Numbered from the stretch's first letter, positions 8,936 to 19,700 are shown. The stretch: 64,000 bases of DNA from Alphaproteobacteria bacterium (GCA_965214705.1 CBDCCI010000002.1:1216001-1280000), one strand, 5' to 3'. Translations and numbers: made by a program. The notes: a model not told the origin generated them from the letters alone.

Positions 8936-10619
8936 CATCCCTCCTGCCTTCGTCTTTCTGGTCGCGGCGGCGCTCGTCCTGCTGTTGCCGGGGGGCTTGC
9001 GCCGGCTGCTCGTGCCGGCGGTGCCGCTGCTCGGCGGCATCAATCTCTGGTTCGTGTGGCAGGGCGGCGGCGCGCTCGAGGTCCCGTTGCTCGACACGCG
9101 GCTCACGCTGCTCCGCGCCGATTCCCTCAGCCTGCTCTTCGGCCTCCTCTTCCATATCGCGGCGTTCCTCGGCGCCGTCTTCGCCTTCCACGTCCGCGAC
9201 CGCCTGCAGCAGGCGGGCATGCTGCTCTACGCGGGCTCCGCGCTCGGCGCGGTATTCGCGGGCGACCTCATCACCCTCGTCATCTTCTGGGAGGGGGCGA
9301 CGCTCGGCTCCGTCCTGCTGATTCTCGCCCGGCGCGAGCCACGCGCGGTCCGCGCGGCCATGCGCTACCTGGTGTTCCAGCTGGTCTCCGGTCTGCTGCT
9401 GCTGGGCGGTGCGATCGTCGTGATCGGCGACACGGGCTCCAGCGCCTTCGGCCACATCGGGACCGACAGCCTCGGCGGCGTGCTGATCTTCGTCGCCTTC
9501 GGCATCAAGTGCGGCTTCCCGCTGGTGCACACCTGGCTCACCGACGCCTACCCGGAATCGACGCCGACCGGGATGGTGTTCCTGAGCGCGTTCACCACCA
9601 AGCTCGCGGTCTACGCGCTGGCGCGCGGCTATGCCGGCACCGAGGTGCTGATCTTCATCGGCACGGCGATGACCGCGTTCCCCATCTTCTTCGCGGTGAT
9701 CGAGAACGACCTCCGCCGCGTCCTCGCCTACAGCATGATCAACCAGATCGGCTTCATGGTGGTGGGCATCGGCATCGGCACCTCGCTCGCGCTCAACGGC
9801 GCCGTCTCCCACGCTTTCAACGACGTGATCTTCAAGGGCCTGCTGCTCATGTCGATGGGCGCGGTGCTGCACCAGACCGGCAAGATCAACGGCTCGGAGC
9901 TCGGCGGCCTCTACAAGTCGATGCCGCAGACCACCGGGCTCTGCATTGTGGGCGCCGCCTCCATCTCGGCCTTCCCGCTCTTCTCCGGCTTCGTCAGCAA
10001 GTCGATGGTGATGAGCGCGGCGGCGGCCGAGGGCTACTGGATCGTCTGGATCCTGCTGCTCTTCGCGTCCGCCGGCGTCTTCCACCATGCCGGCATCAAG
10101 ATTCCCTACTTTGCCTTCTTCGCGCACGACAGCGGCATCCGCACCCGCGAGCCGCCGCTCAACATGCGCATCGCGATGGCGATGGCGGCGATCCTCTGCA
10201 TCGTCATCGGCTGCTATCCGGCATGGCTCTATTCGCTGCTGCCCTGGGAGGTGGGCTACGTGCCCTACACCGGCAGCCACGTGCTGGTGCAGGTCCAGCT
10301 TCTGTTCTTCTCGGCGCTGGCCTTCGCCTTCCTCAACCTGGTGGGGCTCTACCCGCCCGAATTGCGGTCTGCGAACATCGACAGCGACTGGCTCTACCGG
10401 CGCCTTGTGCCGGGCGCGGCCCGCCGCATCGAGGGCGCGGTGGCCGCCCTCAGCGGGTTCGTCCGCGAGCAGTCCACGCGCGGCCTCGATCGCCTGTTCT
10501 ATGCGATCGCGCAACAGCACAGGCCGGGCGGGGTGATGGCGCGCACATGGCCGACCGGCGCTGCCGCGCTCTGGATCCTGGTCCTGCTTGGCGCCTGCCT
10601 GGTCATCTACTACGTTTAG
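8925..10619 (+). CDS. mrpD: Mrp antiporter subunit D/A-like, copy 3
   Basis: Motifs KCGFPLVHTWLTDAYP, RRVLAYSMINQIG and GFVSKSM. Confidence 0.82.
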   Translation: MTSSIPPAFVFLVAAALVLLLPGGLRRLLVPAVPLLGGINLWFVWQGGGALEVPLLDTRLTLLRADSLSLLFGLLFHIAAFLGAVFAFHVRDRLQQAGMLLYAGSALGAVFAGDLITLVIFWEGATLGSVLLILARREPRAVRAAMRYLVFQLVSGLLLLGGAIVVIGDTGSSAFGHIGTDSLGGVLIFVAFGIKCGFPLVHTWLTDAYPESTPTGMVFLSAFTTKLAVYALARGYAGTEVLIFIGTAMTAFPIFFAVIENDLRRVLAYSMINQIGFMVVGIGIGTSLALNGAVSHAFNDVIFKGLLLMSMGAVLHQTGKINGSELGGLYKSMPQTTGLCIVGAASISAFPLFSGFVSKSMVMSAAAAEGYWIVWILLLFASAGVFHHAGIKIPYFAFFAHDSGIRTREPPLNMRIAMAMAAILCIVIGCYPAWLYSLLPWEVGYVPYTGSHVLVQVQLLFFSALAFAFLNLVGLYPPELRSANIDSDWLYRRLVPGAARRIEGAVAALSGFVREQSTRGLDRLFYAIAQQHRPGGVMARTWPTGAAALWILVLLGACLVIYYV

Positions 10620-10657
10620 CGGCGCTTGACGCCGGCGCGGCAGGGGGCAACGCGGCC

Positions 10658-11374
10658 ATGAAGATGAACGGCGAGTTCCGGGTCCCGACCGACCGGGAAA
10701 CGGTGTGGCGCGCGCTCAACGACCCCGAGGTCCTGAAGGAGTGCCTGCCCGGCTGCCAGGAGATCGAGAAGACCTCCGAGACCGAGATGAGCGCGACGCT
10801 CGTCATCAAGGTCGGCCCGGTCAAGGCGACCTTCAAGGGCGGGGTCACCCTCTCCGACATCGACCCGCCCAACGGCTACACGCTCTCCGGCCAGGGGCAA
10901 GGGGGCACCGCTGGCTTCGCCTCCGGCGAGGCCAAGGTCCGGCTGGTGGAGGAGAACGGCGCGACGCTCCTGCAATACGAGTGCGACGCCAAAGTGGGCG
11001 GCAAGCTCGCGCAGATCGGCTCGCGCCTGATCGATTCCACCGCGAAGAAGCTCGCCAAGCAGTTCTTCGACAGCCTGGCCGAGAAGCTCGGCGGCGGCGA
11101 GGAGGCGGAGGCTGCGGCCGCTGAGCCTGCCCAGGAGACTGCGGCCGCCGCACCTGCCGAGCCCGCCCCATCGCCCGATCCGGCCCCGGCATCGCCCGAG
11201 CCCGAGCCTGCCGCGGCGCCTGCCGATGCGCCGGCAGAGAGCGCTCCGGCGCCCGATGCTGGGCCAGCGCTCCCGCCGGCAACGCAGCGCAAGGGGCTCC
11301 CCACCGCGGCCTGGGCCGCGGCCGTGGTGGTCGTCGCCGTGGTGCTGATCCTCGTGTTCACCGGCGTGATCTGA
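10658..11374 (+). CDS. coxG: CoxG-family (SRPBCC) protein with Pro/Ala-rich linker and C-terminal TM anchor
   Basis: MKMNGEFRVP…VWRALNDPEVLKECLPGC…GGKLAQIGSRLID; start placed at ATG 10658 within the long ORF. Confidence 0.88.
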   Translation: MKMNGEFRVPTDRETVWRALNDPEVLKECLPGCQEIEKTSETEMSATLVIKVGPVKATFKGGVTLSDIDPPNGYTLSGQGQGGTAGFASGEAKVRLVEENGATLLQYECDAKVGGKLAQIGSRLIDSTAKKLAKQFFDSLAEKLGGGEEAEAAAAEPAQETAAAAPAEPAPSPDPAPASPEPEPAAAPADAPAESAPAPDAGPALPPATQRKGLPTAAWAAAVVVVAVVLILVFTGVI

Positions 11375-11381
11375 GCCGCGC

Positions 11382-11858
11382 GTGGTGGTGGTGGCGCTTG
11401 CCGGGCCTGCGGAGGAGCGGGACGCGATGGCGACGCAGCTGATCGAGACGCTGAGCGCCCGCGGCCGCCGCGTCGCGGTCATTGCCGCGAGTCCCGGCCC
11501 CCTCGCCATCGACGAGCCGGGCAAGGACAGCTACGAGCACGCCGCCGCCGGCGCCCGCGATGTCGTCGTGGTCTCGGGCCGGCGCTGGGCGCGCGTGCAT
11601 CGCAACGACCCGCCCGCGCCGCCGCGTGCCGCGGCCCTCGCTGCGCTCGCAGACGATGCGGAGGTCGTGCTGGCGCTCGGTTTCGAGGATCACGCCGCGC
11701 CCCGGCTCACGGTCGAATCCGGCCCCGAAGGCGAGGCCGACGCAGGGCTGCGGGTGCTGGCCGAGGACGGCCGCCGGCCGGCCTTTCGCCTTGACAAGCC
11801 GGAGGCGATCGCCGATCTGATCGAGCGTCTTTCCGAGGAAAGTTCCCAGAATGAGTGA
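11382..11858 (+). CDS. MobB-like protein with degenerate P-loop
   Basis: IDEPGKDSYEHAAAGA…SGRRWA is MobB-like, but the Walker A position reads AGPAEERDA rather than GxSGSGKT. Confidence 0.6.
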   Translation: MVVVALAGPAEERDAMATQLIETLSARGRRVAVIAASPGPLAIDEPGKDSYEHAAAGARDVVVVSGRRWARVHRNDPPAPPRAAALAALADDAEVVLALGFEDHAAPRLTVESGPEGEADAGLRVLAEDGRRPAFRLDKPEAIADLIERLSEESSQNE

Positions 11859-12777
11859 CGGCGTGGCGATCCCCGACTCCGTCGACAAGACGCTCGCGCT
11901 GCTCTCCGGCGGCGACTACGTGGCGGATCGCAACCTGGCGACCAGCCTGTTCATCGCCTTCCGCCTCAACCGCCCGCTGTTCCTGGAGGGCGAGGCCGGC
12001 GTCGGCAAGACCGCGCTCGCCGCCGTGCTCGCCGAGCGGCTCGGACGCTCCCTGCTGCGCCTCCAGTGCTACGAGGGGCTCGACGTCTCGTCCGCCGTCT
12101 ACGAGTGGAACTACGCGCGGCAGATGATCGAGATTCGCCTGTCCGAAGCGATGGGCGACCGCGACCGCCAGACCCTCGCCGGCGACATCTTCTCGGAGCG
12201 CTTCCTCATCGGCCGGCCTCTGCTGGAGGCGCTCCGCCCCCACGACGAAGGCCCGCCGGTGCTGCTGATCGACGAACTCGACCGCGCCGACGAGCCCTTC
12301 GAGGCCTTCCTGCTGGAGGTGCTCGCCGACTACCAGATCACGATCCCGGAGATCGGCACCATCCGTGCGGCAGAGCCCCCCATCGTGCTCATCACCTCCA
12401 ACCGCACCCGCGAGATTCACGACGCCCTCAAGCGCCGCTGCCTCTATCACTGGATCGACTACCCGGATGTCCAGCGCGAACGCGAGATCCTGCGCGTGCG
12501 CGTGCCGGATGCCGACCCGCGCCTGACCCACGAGGTGGTGGCCTTCGTGCAGCAGCTGCGCGAGGTCGATTTCTTCAAGTCGCCAGGCGTCGCCGAGAGC
12601 ATCGACTGGCTGCGCGCGCTCTCCACGCTCGCGCAGGAGAGTCTCGATCCCGCGATCGTCGATCAGACCCTGGGCGTGCTCCTGAAGTACCAGGACGATA
12701 TCGACAAGGCGCGCGGCGGCGAGACGCAGCGTATCCTGGCGGATGTCGGCACCGGGATGACCGCCGTCGCGGAGTGA
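11851..12777 (+). CDS. coxD: MoxR-family AAA+ ATPase (CoxD-like)
   Basis: Motifs GEAGVGKT, LQCYEG, LLIDELDRADEPFEAFLLE and DALKRRC. Confidence 0.88.
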   Translation: MSDGVAIPDSVDKTLALLSGGDYVADRNLATSLFIAFRLNRPLFLEGEAGVGKTALAAVLAERLGRSLLRLQCYEGLDVSSAVYEWNYARQMIEIRLSEAMGDRDRQTLAGDIFSERFLIGRPLLEALRPHDEGPPVLLIDELDRADEPFEAFLLEVLADYQITIPEIGTIRAAEPPIVLITSNRTREIHDALKRRCLYHWIDYPDVQREREILRVRVPDADPRLTHEVVAFVQQLREVDFFKSPGVAESIDWLRALSTLAQESLDPAIVDQTLGVLLKYQDDIDKARGGETQRILADVGTGMTAVAE

Positions 12778-12825
12778 GGCGCAGGCGCCCGCCGCCCGCA
12801 ATCGGCGCAGCACGGGAGAACAGCG

Positions 12826-13158
12826 ATGAGTTCGCAGCAGGCCGCACAGGAAGACATTCTGGGCACCGCCGCCCGCTGGCGCGACGAGGGAAAAGACGTG
12901 GCGCTCGCCACCGTCATCGCCACCTGGGGCTCGTCGCCCCGCCCGGTCGGCAGCCAGCTCGTCGCCGATGGCGAGGGCCATTTCGAGGGCTCCGTCTCCG
13001 GCGGCTGCATCGAGGGCGCGGTGATCGAGGAAGCCCGCACGGTCATGGGCTCGGGCGCGCCCAGCGTGCTGGAGTTCGGCGTCTCCAACGAGCAAGCGTG
13101 GGAGGTCGGGCTCGCCTGCGGCGGCACCGTTCGCGTGCTGGTCGAGAAGGTCGAGTGA
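12826..13158 (+). CDS. XdhC/CoxI N-terminal domain protein
   Basis: Motifs TWGSSPRPVGS, GSVSGGCIEG and VGLACGG. Confidence 0.88.
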   Translation: MSSQQAAQEDILGTAARWRDEGKDVALATVIATWGSSPRPVGSQLVADGEGHFEGSVSGGCIEGAVIEEARTVMGSGAPSVLEFGVSNEQAWEVGLACGGTVRVLVEKVE

Positions 13159-13168
13159 GCGGGCAGCG

Positions 13169-13879
13169 ATGCAGCGCACCATCCTCGACCGGCTGAACGG
13201 CGACCGCGCGTCCGACCGCGCCGTCGCCCTCGTCACGGCGCTCACCAATGGCGCGCAGGCGCTGGTCTACGCCGGCGGAGACGCGGCGGGCGAAGCGCTG
13301 CCCGATGCGGTGGCAGACGAAGCCCGCGCCGCGCTCCGTGCCGACAAGAGCCAGCAGGTGGAGGTCGGCGGCGAGACCTGGTTCGTCCACGTTCACAACC
13401 CGCCGGCCCGCATGGTCATCGTCGGCGCGGTCCACATCACGCAGGCGCTGGCAGGCATGGCCGAGGCCGCCGGCTACTCCGTGATCGTCTGCGACCCGCG
13501 CCGTGCCTTCGCCGATGCCGCGCGCTTCCCCGCCATCGAGGTCTCGACCGAGTGGCCCGACGACGCGCTGAACCGGCTCGTGCCCGATCACCGCACCGCC
13601 GTGGTGACGCTCACCCACGACCCGAAGATCGACGACCCGGCGCTCGAGGTCGCGGTGCGCGCGCCGGTCTTCTACATCGGCGCGCTGGGCAGCCGGCGGA
13701 CCCACGGCAAGCGGCTGGAGCGCCTGCGCGAGAAGGGTTTTTCCGACGACGAGCTGGGGCGCATCCACGCCCCCATCGGGCTTGCCATTGGCGCGCGCTC
13801 GCCGGCCGAGATCGCGGTCTCGATCATGGCCGAGGTCACGCAGGTGCGCCGCCAGCCGCCCGGAGGCAACGCCAAGTGA
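13169..13879 (+). CDS. xdhC: XdhC/CoxF Rossmann-domain protein
   Basis: Motifs IVGAVHI, LTHDPKIDD, YIGALGSRRT and PIGLAIGARSPAEIAVSI. Confidence 0.85.
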   Translation: MQRTILDRLNGDRASDRAVALVTALTNGAQALVYAGGDAAGEALPDAVADEARAALRADKSQQVEVGGETWFVHVHNPPARMVIVGAVHITQALAGMAEAAGYSVIVCDPRRAFADAARFPAIEVSTEWPDDALNRLVPDHRTAVVTLTHDPKIDDPALEVAVRAPVFYIGALGSRRTHGKRLERLREKGFSDDELGRIHAPIGLAIGARSPAEIAVSIMAEVTQVRRQPPGGNAK

Positions 13880-13889
13880 TCTTCGCCCC

Positions 13890-15557
13890 ATGATCTTCGG
13901 CGACGTGCCGGTCGCAGAGGCCGAAGGGCTGATCCTCGCCCACAGCGTGCGCCTGTCCGGCGGCGCCTTCAAGAAGGGGCGCGTGCTCTCCGCCGAGGAC
14001 ATCGAGGTATTACTGAAGGCAAAGATCGAGACCGTCTCCGGCGCCCGGCTGGAGCCCGACGACGTGGGCGAGGACGAGGCGGCGCAGGCCGTCGCGCGCG
14101 CGGTCGCCGGGCCGGGGCTCACGCTGGGCGACGCCTTCACCGGCCGCTGCAACATCTTCGCCGAAGGCCACGGCCTCGCCGTCATCGACGATGCGCGGGT
14201 GGACCGGCTCAATCTCCTCGACGAGGCCATGACCCTCGGCACCGTGGCGCCCCACGCCCTGGTCGAGGCGGGCCAGATGGTGGCGACCGTCAAGGTCATC
14301 CCCTTCGCCGCCTCCCGTGCAGTCGTGGATCTCTGCGTCGAGATCGCGGCGGACGGCGGGCCGATGCTGGGTCTCGCGCCGCTCAAGGCGCGCACGGTCG
14401 GGCTGATCCAGACCCGCCTGCCGGGCACGCGGGAGAGCGTGCTCGATTCCACCACGGGCGCGGTCGCGACGCGCCTCGCCCAGCTCGACGGCGCGCTCGC
14501 CGCCGAGGTCCGCTGCGCCCACGACCGCACCGAGGTGGCGGAGGCGGTGGGTCAGCTTCACGGGCGCGGCTGCGACATCATCCTCATCGCCGGCGCGTCC
14601 GCCATCGTCGACCGGCGCGACGTGGTGCCGGCGGCGGTCGTGGAGGCCGGCGGCGCCATCGACCATTTCGGCATGCCCGTCGATCCCGGCAACCTGCTCC
14701 TCCTCGCCCGCCTCGGCGAGACGCGGGTGCTCGGGCTGCCCGGCTGCGCCCGCTCGCTCAAGCTCAACGGCTTCGACTGGGTGCTGCAGCGCATCTTCGC
14801 GGGCGTCGAGGTCACCGCCTCCGACATCATGCGCATGGGCGCCGGCGGCCTGCTCATGGAAATCCCGAGCCGGCCCTTGCCCCGCAACCGCGCCTCGCCG
14901 CGGAGCGCCGCGCGCGAACGAGAGGCGGTGGCCCCTGCGGCACCGCCCCGGATCGCGGCGGTGGTGCTCGCGGCCGGGCAGTCCCGGCGCATGGGCGCGC
15001 TCAACAAGCTCCTGATCGAGGTGGACGGCGAGCCGATGGTGCGCCGCGTCGCTTCCGCCGCGCTCGCCTCCGGGGCCGCGCCCGTCGTTGTGGTGACCGG
15101 CCACGAGGCCGAGCGCGTGCAGGCGGCGCTCGCCGGGCTCGATGTGACCTACGCGCACAATCCAGACTACGCCGAGGGCATGAGCAGCTCGCTCCAGTGC
15201 GGCGTCGACGCGCTCGACCCCGCGCGAGCCCCGGAGATCGACGGCGCCGTGGTCTGCCTCGGCGACATGCCGCGCACCTCCGCGGACCTGATCGACCGGC
15301 TCATCGCGGGCTTCAACCCGCTGGAAGGCCGCGCCATCGGCGTCCCCACCTATCGCGGCAAGCGCGGCAACCCTGTGCTCTGGGCGGCGCGCTTCTTCGC
15401 CGAGATCCGCAACCTCTCCGGCGACGTCGGCGCGCGCCACCTGATCGGCGACCACGCGGACGCGGTCTACGAGGTCGAGAGCCCCGATCACTCCGTGACC
15501 ATCGACGTGGACACGCCCGAGGCCCTGGATGCCTTACGTCCCGCCGCCGCCCGCTGA
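13890..15557 (+). CDS. Molybdopterin-binding domain fused to MocA-like nucleotidyltransferase
   Basis: N-terminal FGMPVDPGNLL and GLPGCARS; C-terminal VLAAGQSRRMG, LGDMP, RGNPVLW, GDVGAR and DVDTP. Confidence 0.85.
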   Translation: MIFGDVPVAEAEGLILAHSVRLSGGAFKKGRVLSAEDIEVLLKAKIETVSGARLEPDDVGEDEAAQAVARAVAGPGLTLGDAFTGRCNIFAEGHGLAVIDDARVDRLNLLDEAMTLGTVAPHALVEAGQMVATVKVIPFAASRAVVDLCVEIAADGGPMLGLAPLKARTVGLIQTRLPGTRESVLDSTTGAVATRLAQLDGALAAEVRCAHDRTEVAEAVGQLHGRGCDIILIAGASAIVDRRDVVPAAVVEAGGAIDHFGMPVDPGNLLLLARLGETRVLGLPGCARSLKLNGFDWVLQRIFAGVEVTASDIMRMGAGGLLMEIPSRPLPRNRASPRSAAREREAVAPAAPPRIAAVVLAAGQSRRMGALNKLLIEVDGEPMVRRVASAALASGAAPVVVVTGHEAERVQAALAGLDVTYAHNPDYAEGMSSSLQCGVDALDPARAPEIDGAVVCLGDMPRTSADLIDRLIAGFNPLEGRAIGVPTYRGKRGNPVLWAARFFAEIRNLSGDVGARHLIGDHADAVYEVESPDHSVTIDVDTPEALDALRPAAAR

Positions 15558-16698
15558 CGGCGGAGCCGGCGGAGGCGCCGAGTCCGTCCTCCTCACCCCC
15601 GGCCCGCTCACCACCCGGCCCGAGACCCGCGCGGCCATGGACCGCGACTGGGGCTCGCGCGATCCCGCGTTCATCGAACTGACCGCGCGCGTGCGCCGGC
15701 GCCTGCTCGCTCTCGCCAACGCGGGCGAGGCCTTCACCTGCGTGCCGATGCAGGGCAGCGGCACCTTCGCGGTGGAGGCCCAACTCGGCACCCTGGTCCC
15801 CCGCGACGGCCATCTGCTGATCCTCGTCAACGGCGCCTACGGCCGGCGCATGGCCGAGATTTGCCGCCGCGCGGGCCGCGCCCACAGCGTGCTGGAGACC
15901 GGCGAGACCGAGCCGCCCCGGAGGGCGGCGGCGCTCGCAGATCGCCTTGAGGCCGAGCCCGATATCACCGATGTCGCCCTGGTCCACTGCGAGACCACCA
16001 CCGGCATCCTCAACCCGCTCGCCGAGCTTGCGACTGCCGTGAGCGAGGCCGGCCGCCGGCTGCACGTGGACGCCATGAGCTCTTTCGGCGGCATCCCCAT
16101 CGACCTCGCGCGGCTCCCGGTCGCGAGCCTCGCCGCCTCCGCCAACAAGTGCCTCGAAGGCGCACCCGGCGTCGGCTTCGTCATCGCGCGCACGGACCAC
16201 CTCGCAAGTTGCGCCGACAACGCCCATGCCGTCAGCCTCGACCTGCACGGGCAATGGAAGGGGCTGGAGGCCAACGGCCAATGGCGTTTCACGCCGCCTA
16301 CCCACGTGCTCGCCGCGCTGGACCGGGCGCTGGATGCGCTCGACGACGAGGGTGGCGTCGCCGGCCGCTTCGCCCGCTACTGGGAGAACTGCCGCACCCT
16401 GGTGGACGGGATGCGCGGCCTCGGCTTCGAGACGCTGCTGGAGGACGCCGTGCAGGCGCCCATCATCGTGACCTTCCGCGCACCGGACGATCCCGCGTGG
16501 AATTTCCAGGCGTTCTACGACCGCCTCGCGGCACGGGGCTTCGTGATCTACCCCGGCAAGCTCGCGCAGGTGGAGAGCTTCCGCGTGGGCTGCATAGGCG
16601 CCTTCCGGGCCGACACCATGGCCCGCTTCGTCGAGGCCACCGGGGCCGTGCTGGGCGAGCTGGGTGTCGATATCGAGGCAGCGTCCGGCAAACGCTAG
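15529..16698 (+). CDS. phnW: 2-aminoethylphosphonate-pyruvate transaminase
   Basis: Motifs LLTPGPLTT, DWGSRD, QGSGTFAVEA, HCETTTG, DAMSSFG, SANKCLEG and QWRFTPPTH. Exact start uncertain. Confidence 0.9.
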   Translation: MPYVPPPPADGGAGGGAESVLLTPGPLTTRPETRAAMDRDWGSRDPAFIELTARVRRRLLALANAGEAFTCVPMQGSGTFAVEAQLGTLVPRDGHLLILVNGAYGRRMAEICRRAGRAHSVLETGETEPPRRAAALADRLEAEPDITDVALVHCETTTGILNPLAELATAVSEAGRRLHVDAMSSFGGIPIDLARLPVASLAASANKCLEGAPGVGFVIARTDHLASCADNAHAVSLDLHGQWKGLEANGQWRFTPPTHVLAALDRALDALDDEGGVAGRFARYWENCRTLVDGMRGLGFETLLEDAVQAPIIVTFRAPDDPAWNFQAFYDRLAARGFVIYPGKLAQVESFRVGCIGAFRADTMARFVEATGAVLGELGVDIEAASGKR

Positions 16699-16781
16699 GT
16701 GCAGTCCGTCGCACCGGCTTCCACCTGAAAACACATCCGTGTAGAACGCCCGCACCCGGCGGTCGGGAAACGGGCAAACCG

Positions 16782-19700
16782 ATGAGCGGCTTCGAACGAG
16801 TACTGGTGGCGAACCGGGGCGAGATCGCCATTCGCGTCCTGCGCGCCGCCTACGAGATGGGCAAGGCCACGGTCGCGGTCTACGCGGAGGAAGACCACCT
16901 CTCGCTCCACCGCTTCAAGGCCGACCGGTCCTATCGCATCGGCGAGAATCGCGGGCCCGTCACCGCCTACCTGGCGGTGGACGACATCATCCGCGTCGCG
17001 GTCGAGACTCGCAGCGATGCCATCCACCCCGGCTACGGCTTCCTCTCGGAATCGCCCGAGTTCGCGGAGGCCTGCGCCGAGGCGGAGATCGCCTTCATCG
17101 GGCCGAAGCCGGAGACGCTGCGCCTGCTCGGCGACAAGGTCTCCGCGCGCGCCATCGCTGCGCGCGCTGGGGTGCCCACGGTGCCCGCGACCGACGCGCT
17201 GCCTGTGGAGCCTGCGGCGGCGCTCGCGCTGGCAAGAGACGTGGGATTCCCCGGGATACTCAAGGCCAGCTGGGGCGGCGGCGGGCGCGGCATGCGCACG
17301 GTCGAGGCCGAGGACGAGTTCGAGGCCGCCCTGCTCGCGGCAAGGCGCGAGGCGGACGCCGCCTTCGGCAAGGACGACGTCTACTTCGAGCGCTTCATCC
17401 GCCGGGCCCGGCACCTGGAGGTCCAGATCCTGGCCGATGGTCACGGCCGGATCGTCCACCTCTTCGAGCGCGACTGTTCCGTGCAGCGGCGCAACCAGAA
17501 GATCGTGGAGTGTGCGCCGGCCCCCGGCCTTACGGCCGCGCAGCGGGACGAGCTCACCGGCCATGCGCTCGCCATCGCCCGCACCGCCGACTACCTCAAC
17601 GCGGGCACGGTGGAGTTCCTGCACGACCTCGACACCGACCGTTTTCACTTCATCGAGGTCAATCCGCGCATCCAGGTCGAGCACACCGTCACCGAGCAGG
17701 TGACCGGCGTCGACCTGGCACGGGCCCAGATCCGCGTCGCCGAAGGCGGCGCCATCGGCAGCGCGCCGGAGGACGCCTGCCCGCCGCAGGACGAGATCGC
17801 GCTGCGCGGCCACGCCGTGCAGTGCCGGATCACCACCGAAGACCCGCTCGACCGTTTCATTCCCGACTACGGGCGCATCACCGCCTACCGCGCCGCCACC
17901 GGCTTCGGCATCCGCCTCGATGGCGGCACCGCGTACACCGGCGCGGTCATCACCCGCCACTACGATTCGCTCCTGGAGAAGGTCACCGCGTGGGCGTCTT
18001 CGCGCGAGGGCGCGATCGACCGCATGCGCCGCGCGCTGCAGGAGTTCCGCATCCGCGGCGTCGCCACCAACATCGACTTTCTGGAACGCCTGGTCGGCGA
18101 CGAGGCCTTTCGGCAAGGCCAGGTGACCACCCGCTTCATCGACGACAACCCCGAGCTGCTCACCTTCGCCCGCCCGCGCGACCGCGCAAGCCGCCTGCTG
18201 CGCTACATCGCCGAGACCACGGTCAACGGCCACCCGGAGGTGAAGAACCGGCCTGCGCCGCCGGCCCACGCCCGCAACCCGAGCCCGCCGCCGCTCCATG
18301 CGAAGGAGCCCGCAGCCGGCGCGAAGGCGCTGCTCGATGCCGAGGGTCCGGACGCGGTCGCGGCCTGGATGCTCGCGCAGGAGCGCACGCTAGTCACCGA
18401 CACCACCATGCGGGACGCGCATCAGTCGCTGCTCGCGACCCGGATGCGCACCTACGATCTCTGTCAGATCGCCGACGCCTACGCCTACAACCTGCCGCAG
18501 CTCTTCTCGCTCGAGTGCTGGGGCGGCGCCACCTTCGACGTGGCGCTGCGCTTCCTCAACGAGTGCCCGTGGGAGCGCCTGGAGCGCCTGAGGTCGCGTG
18601 TTCCGAACATCCTGCTGCAGATGCTGCTGCGCGCGTCCAACGGCGTGGGCTACACCAACTACCCGGACAACGTGGTGCGGGGCTTCGTCGCCCGCGCCGC
18701 GGCTTCGGGCATCGACGTTTTCCGCATCTTCGATCCGCTGAACTCGGTCGAGAACATGCGCGTCGCGGTGGATGCGGTGCTGGAGACCGGCCGGCTCTGC
18801 GAGGCGGCGATCTGCTACACCGGCGACCTCCACGACGAGAGCCGCAGCCGCTACGACATCGCGTACTACCGCTGCATGGCCCGCGAGCTGCGCGATGCCG
18901 GCACCCACATCCTCGGCATCAAGGACATGGCGGGGCTGGTCAAGCCCGCCGCCGCGCGCGAGCTGGTCCATGCGTTGAAGGAGGAGACCGGGCTTCCCGT
19001 CCACTTCCACACCCACGACACCTCCGGCATCGCCGCCGCCAGCGTGTTGACCGCGGTGGAGGCGGGCGTCGATGCGGTGGATCTCGCCATGGACAGCCTC
19101 TCCGGCTTCACTTCCCAGCCCTGCCTCGGCTCGGTGGTGGAGGCGCTGCGCGGCCAGCCGCGCGAGACCGGCCTCGACCCCGCTCACGTGCGCGAGATAT
19201 CCGACTACTGGGAGGTGGTGCGCGCGCAGTACGCCGCGTTCGAGACCGACATGCGGGCGCCGGCGTCGGAGGTCTACCTGCACGAGATGCCGGGCGGGCA
19301 GTTCACCAACCTGCGCGAGCAGGCGCGCGCCCTCGGCCTCGCCGAGCGCTGGCACGAGGTGGCCGAGGCCTACGCCGAGGTCAACCGGATGTTCGGCGAC
19401 ATCGTGAAGGTGACGCCCACCTCCAAGGTGGTGGGCGACATGGCGCTGGTGATGGTCTCGGGCGGCCTCACGCGGGCCGATGTCGAGGACCTGGACCGCG
19501 AGATCGCCTTCCCGGAATCGGTGGTCGGGCTCTTCCGGGGCGAGCTCGGCCGCATGCCGGGCGGCTTCCCCGAGCCGCTTTCGAGCAAGATCCTGAAGGG
19601 CGAGGCGCCCATCGAAGGGAGGCCCGGCGCCGTGCTCCCGCCCGCCGACCTGGAGGCCGAGCGCGCGCGGGCGGAGGAAGAGACCGGCTGGTCGCTCTTG

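Noticed and set aside
11100-11290. Pro/Ala/Glu-rich repetitive DNA
   Set aside because: It is the low-complexity linker of CoxG, a common feature of this family.
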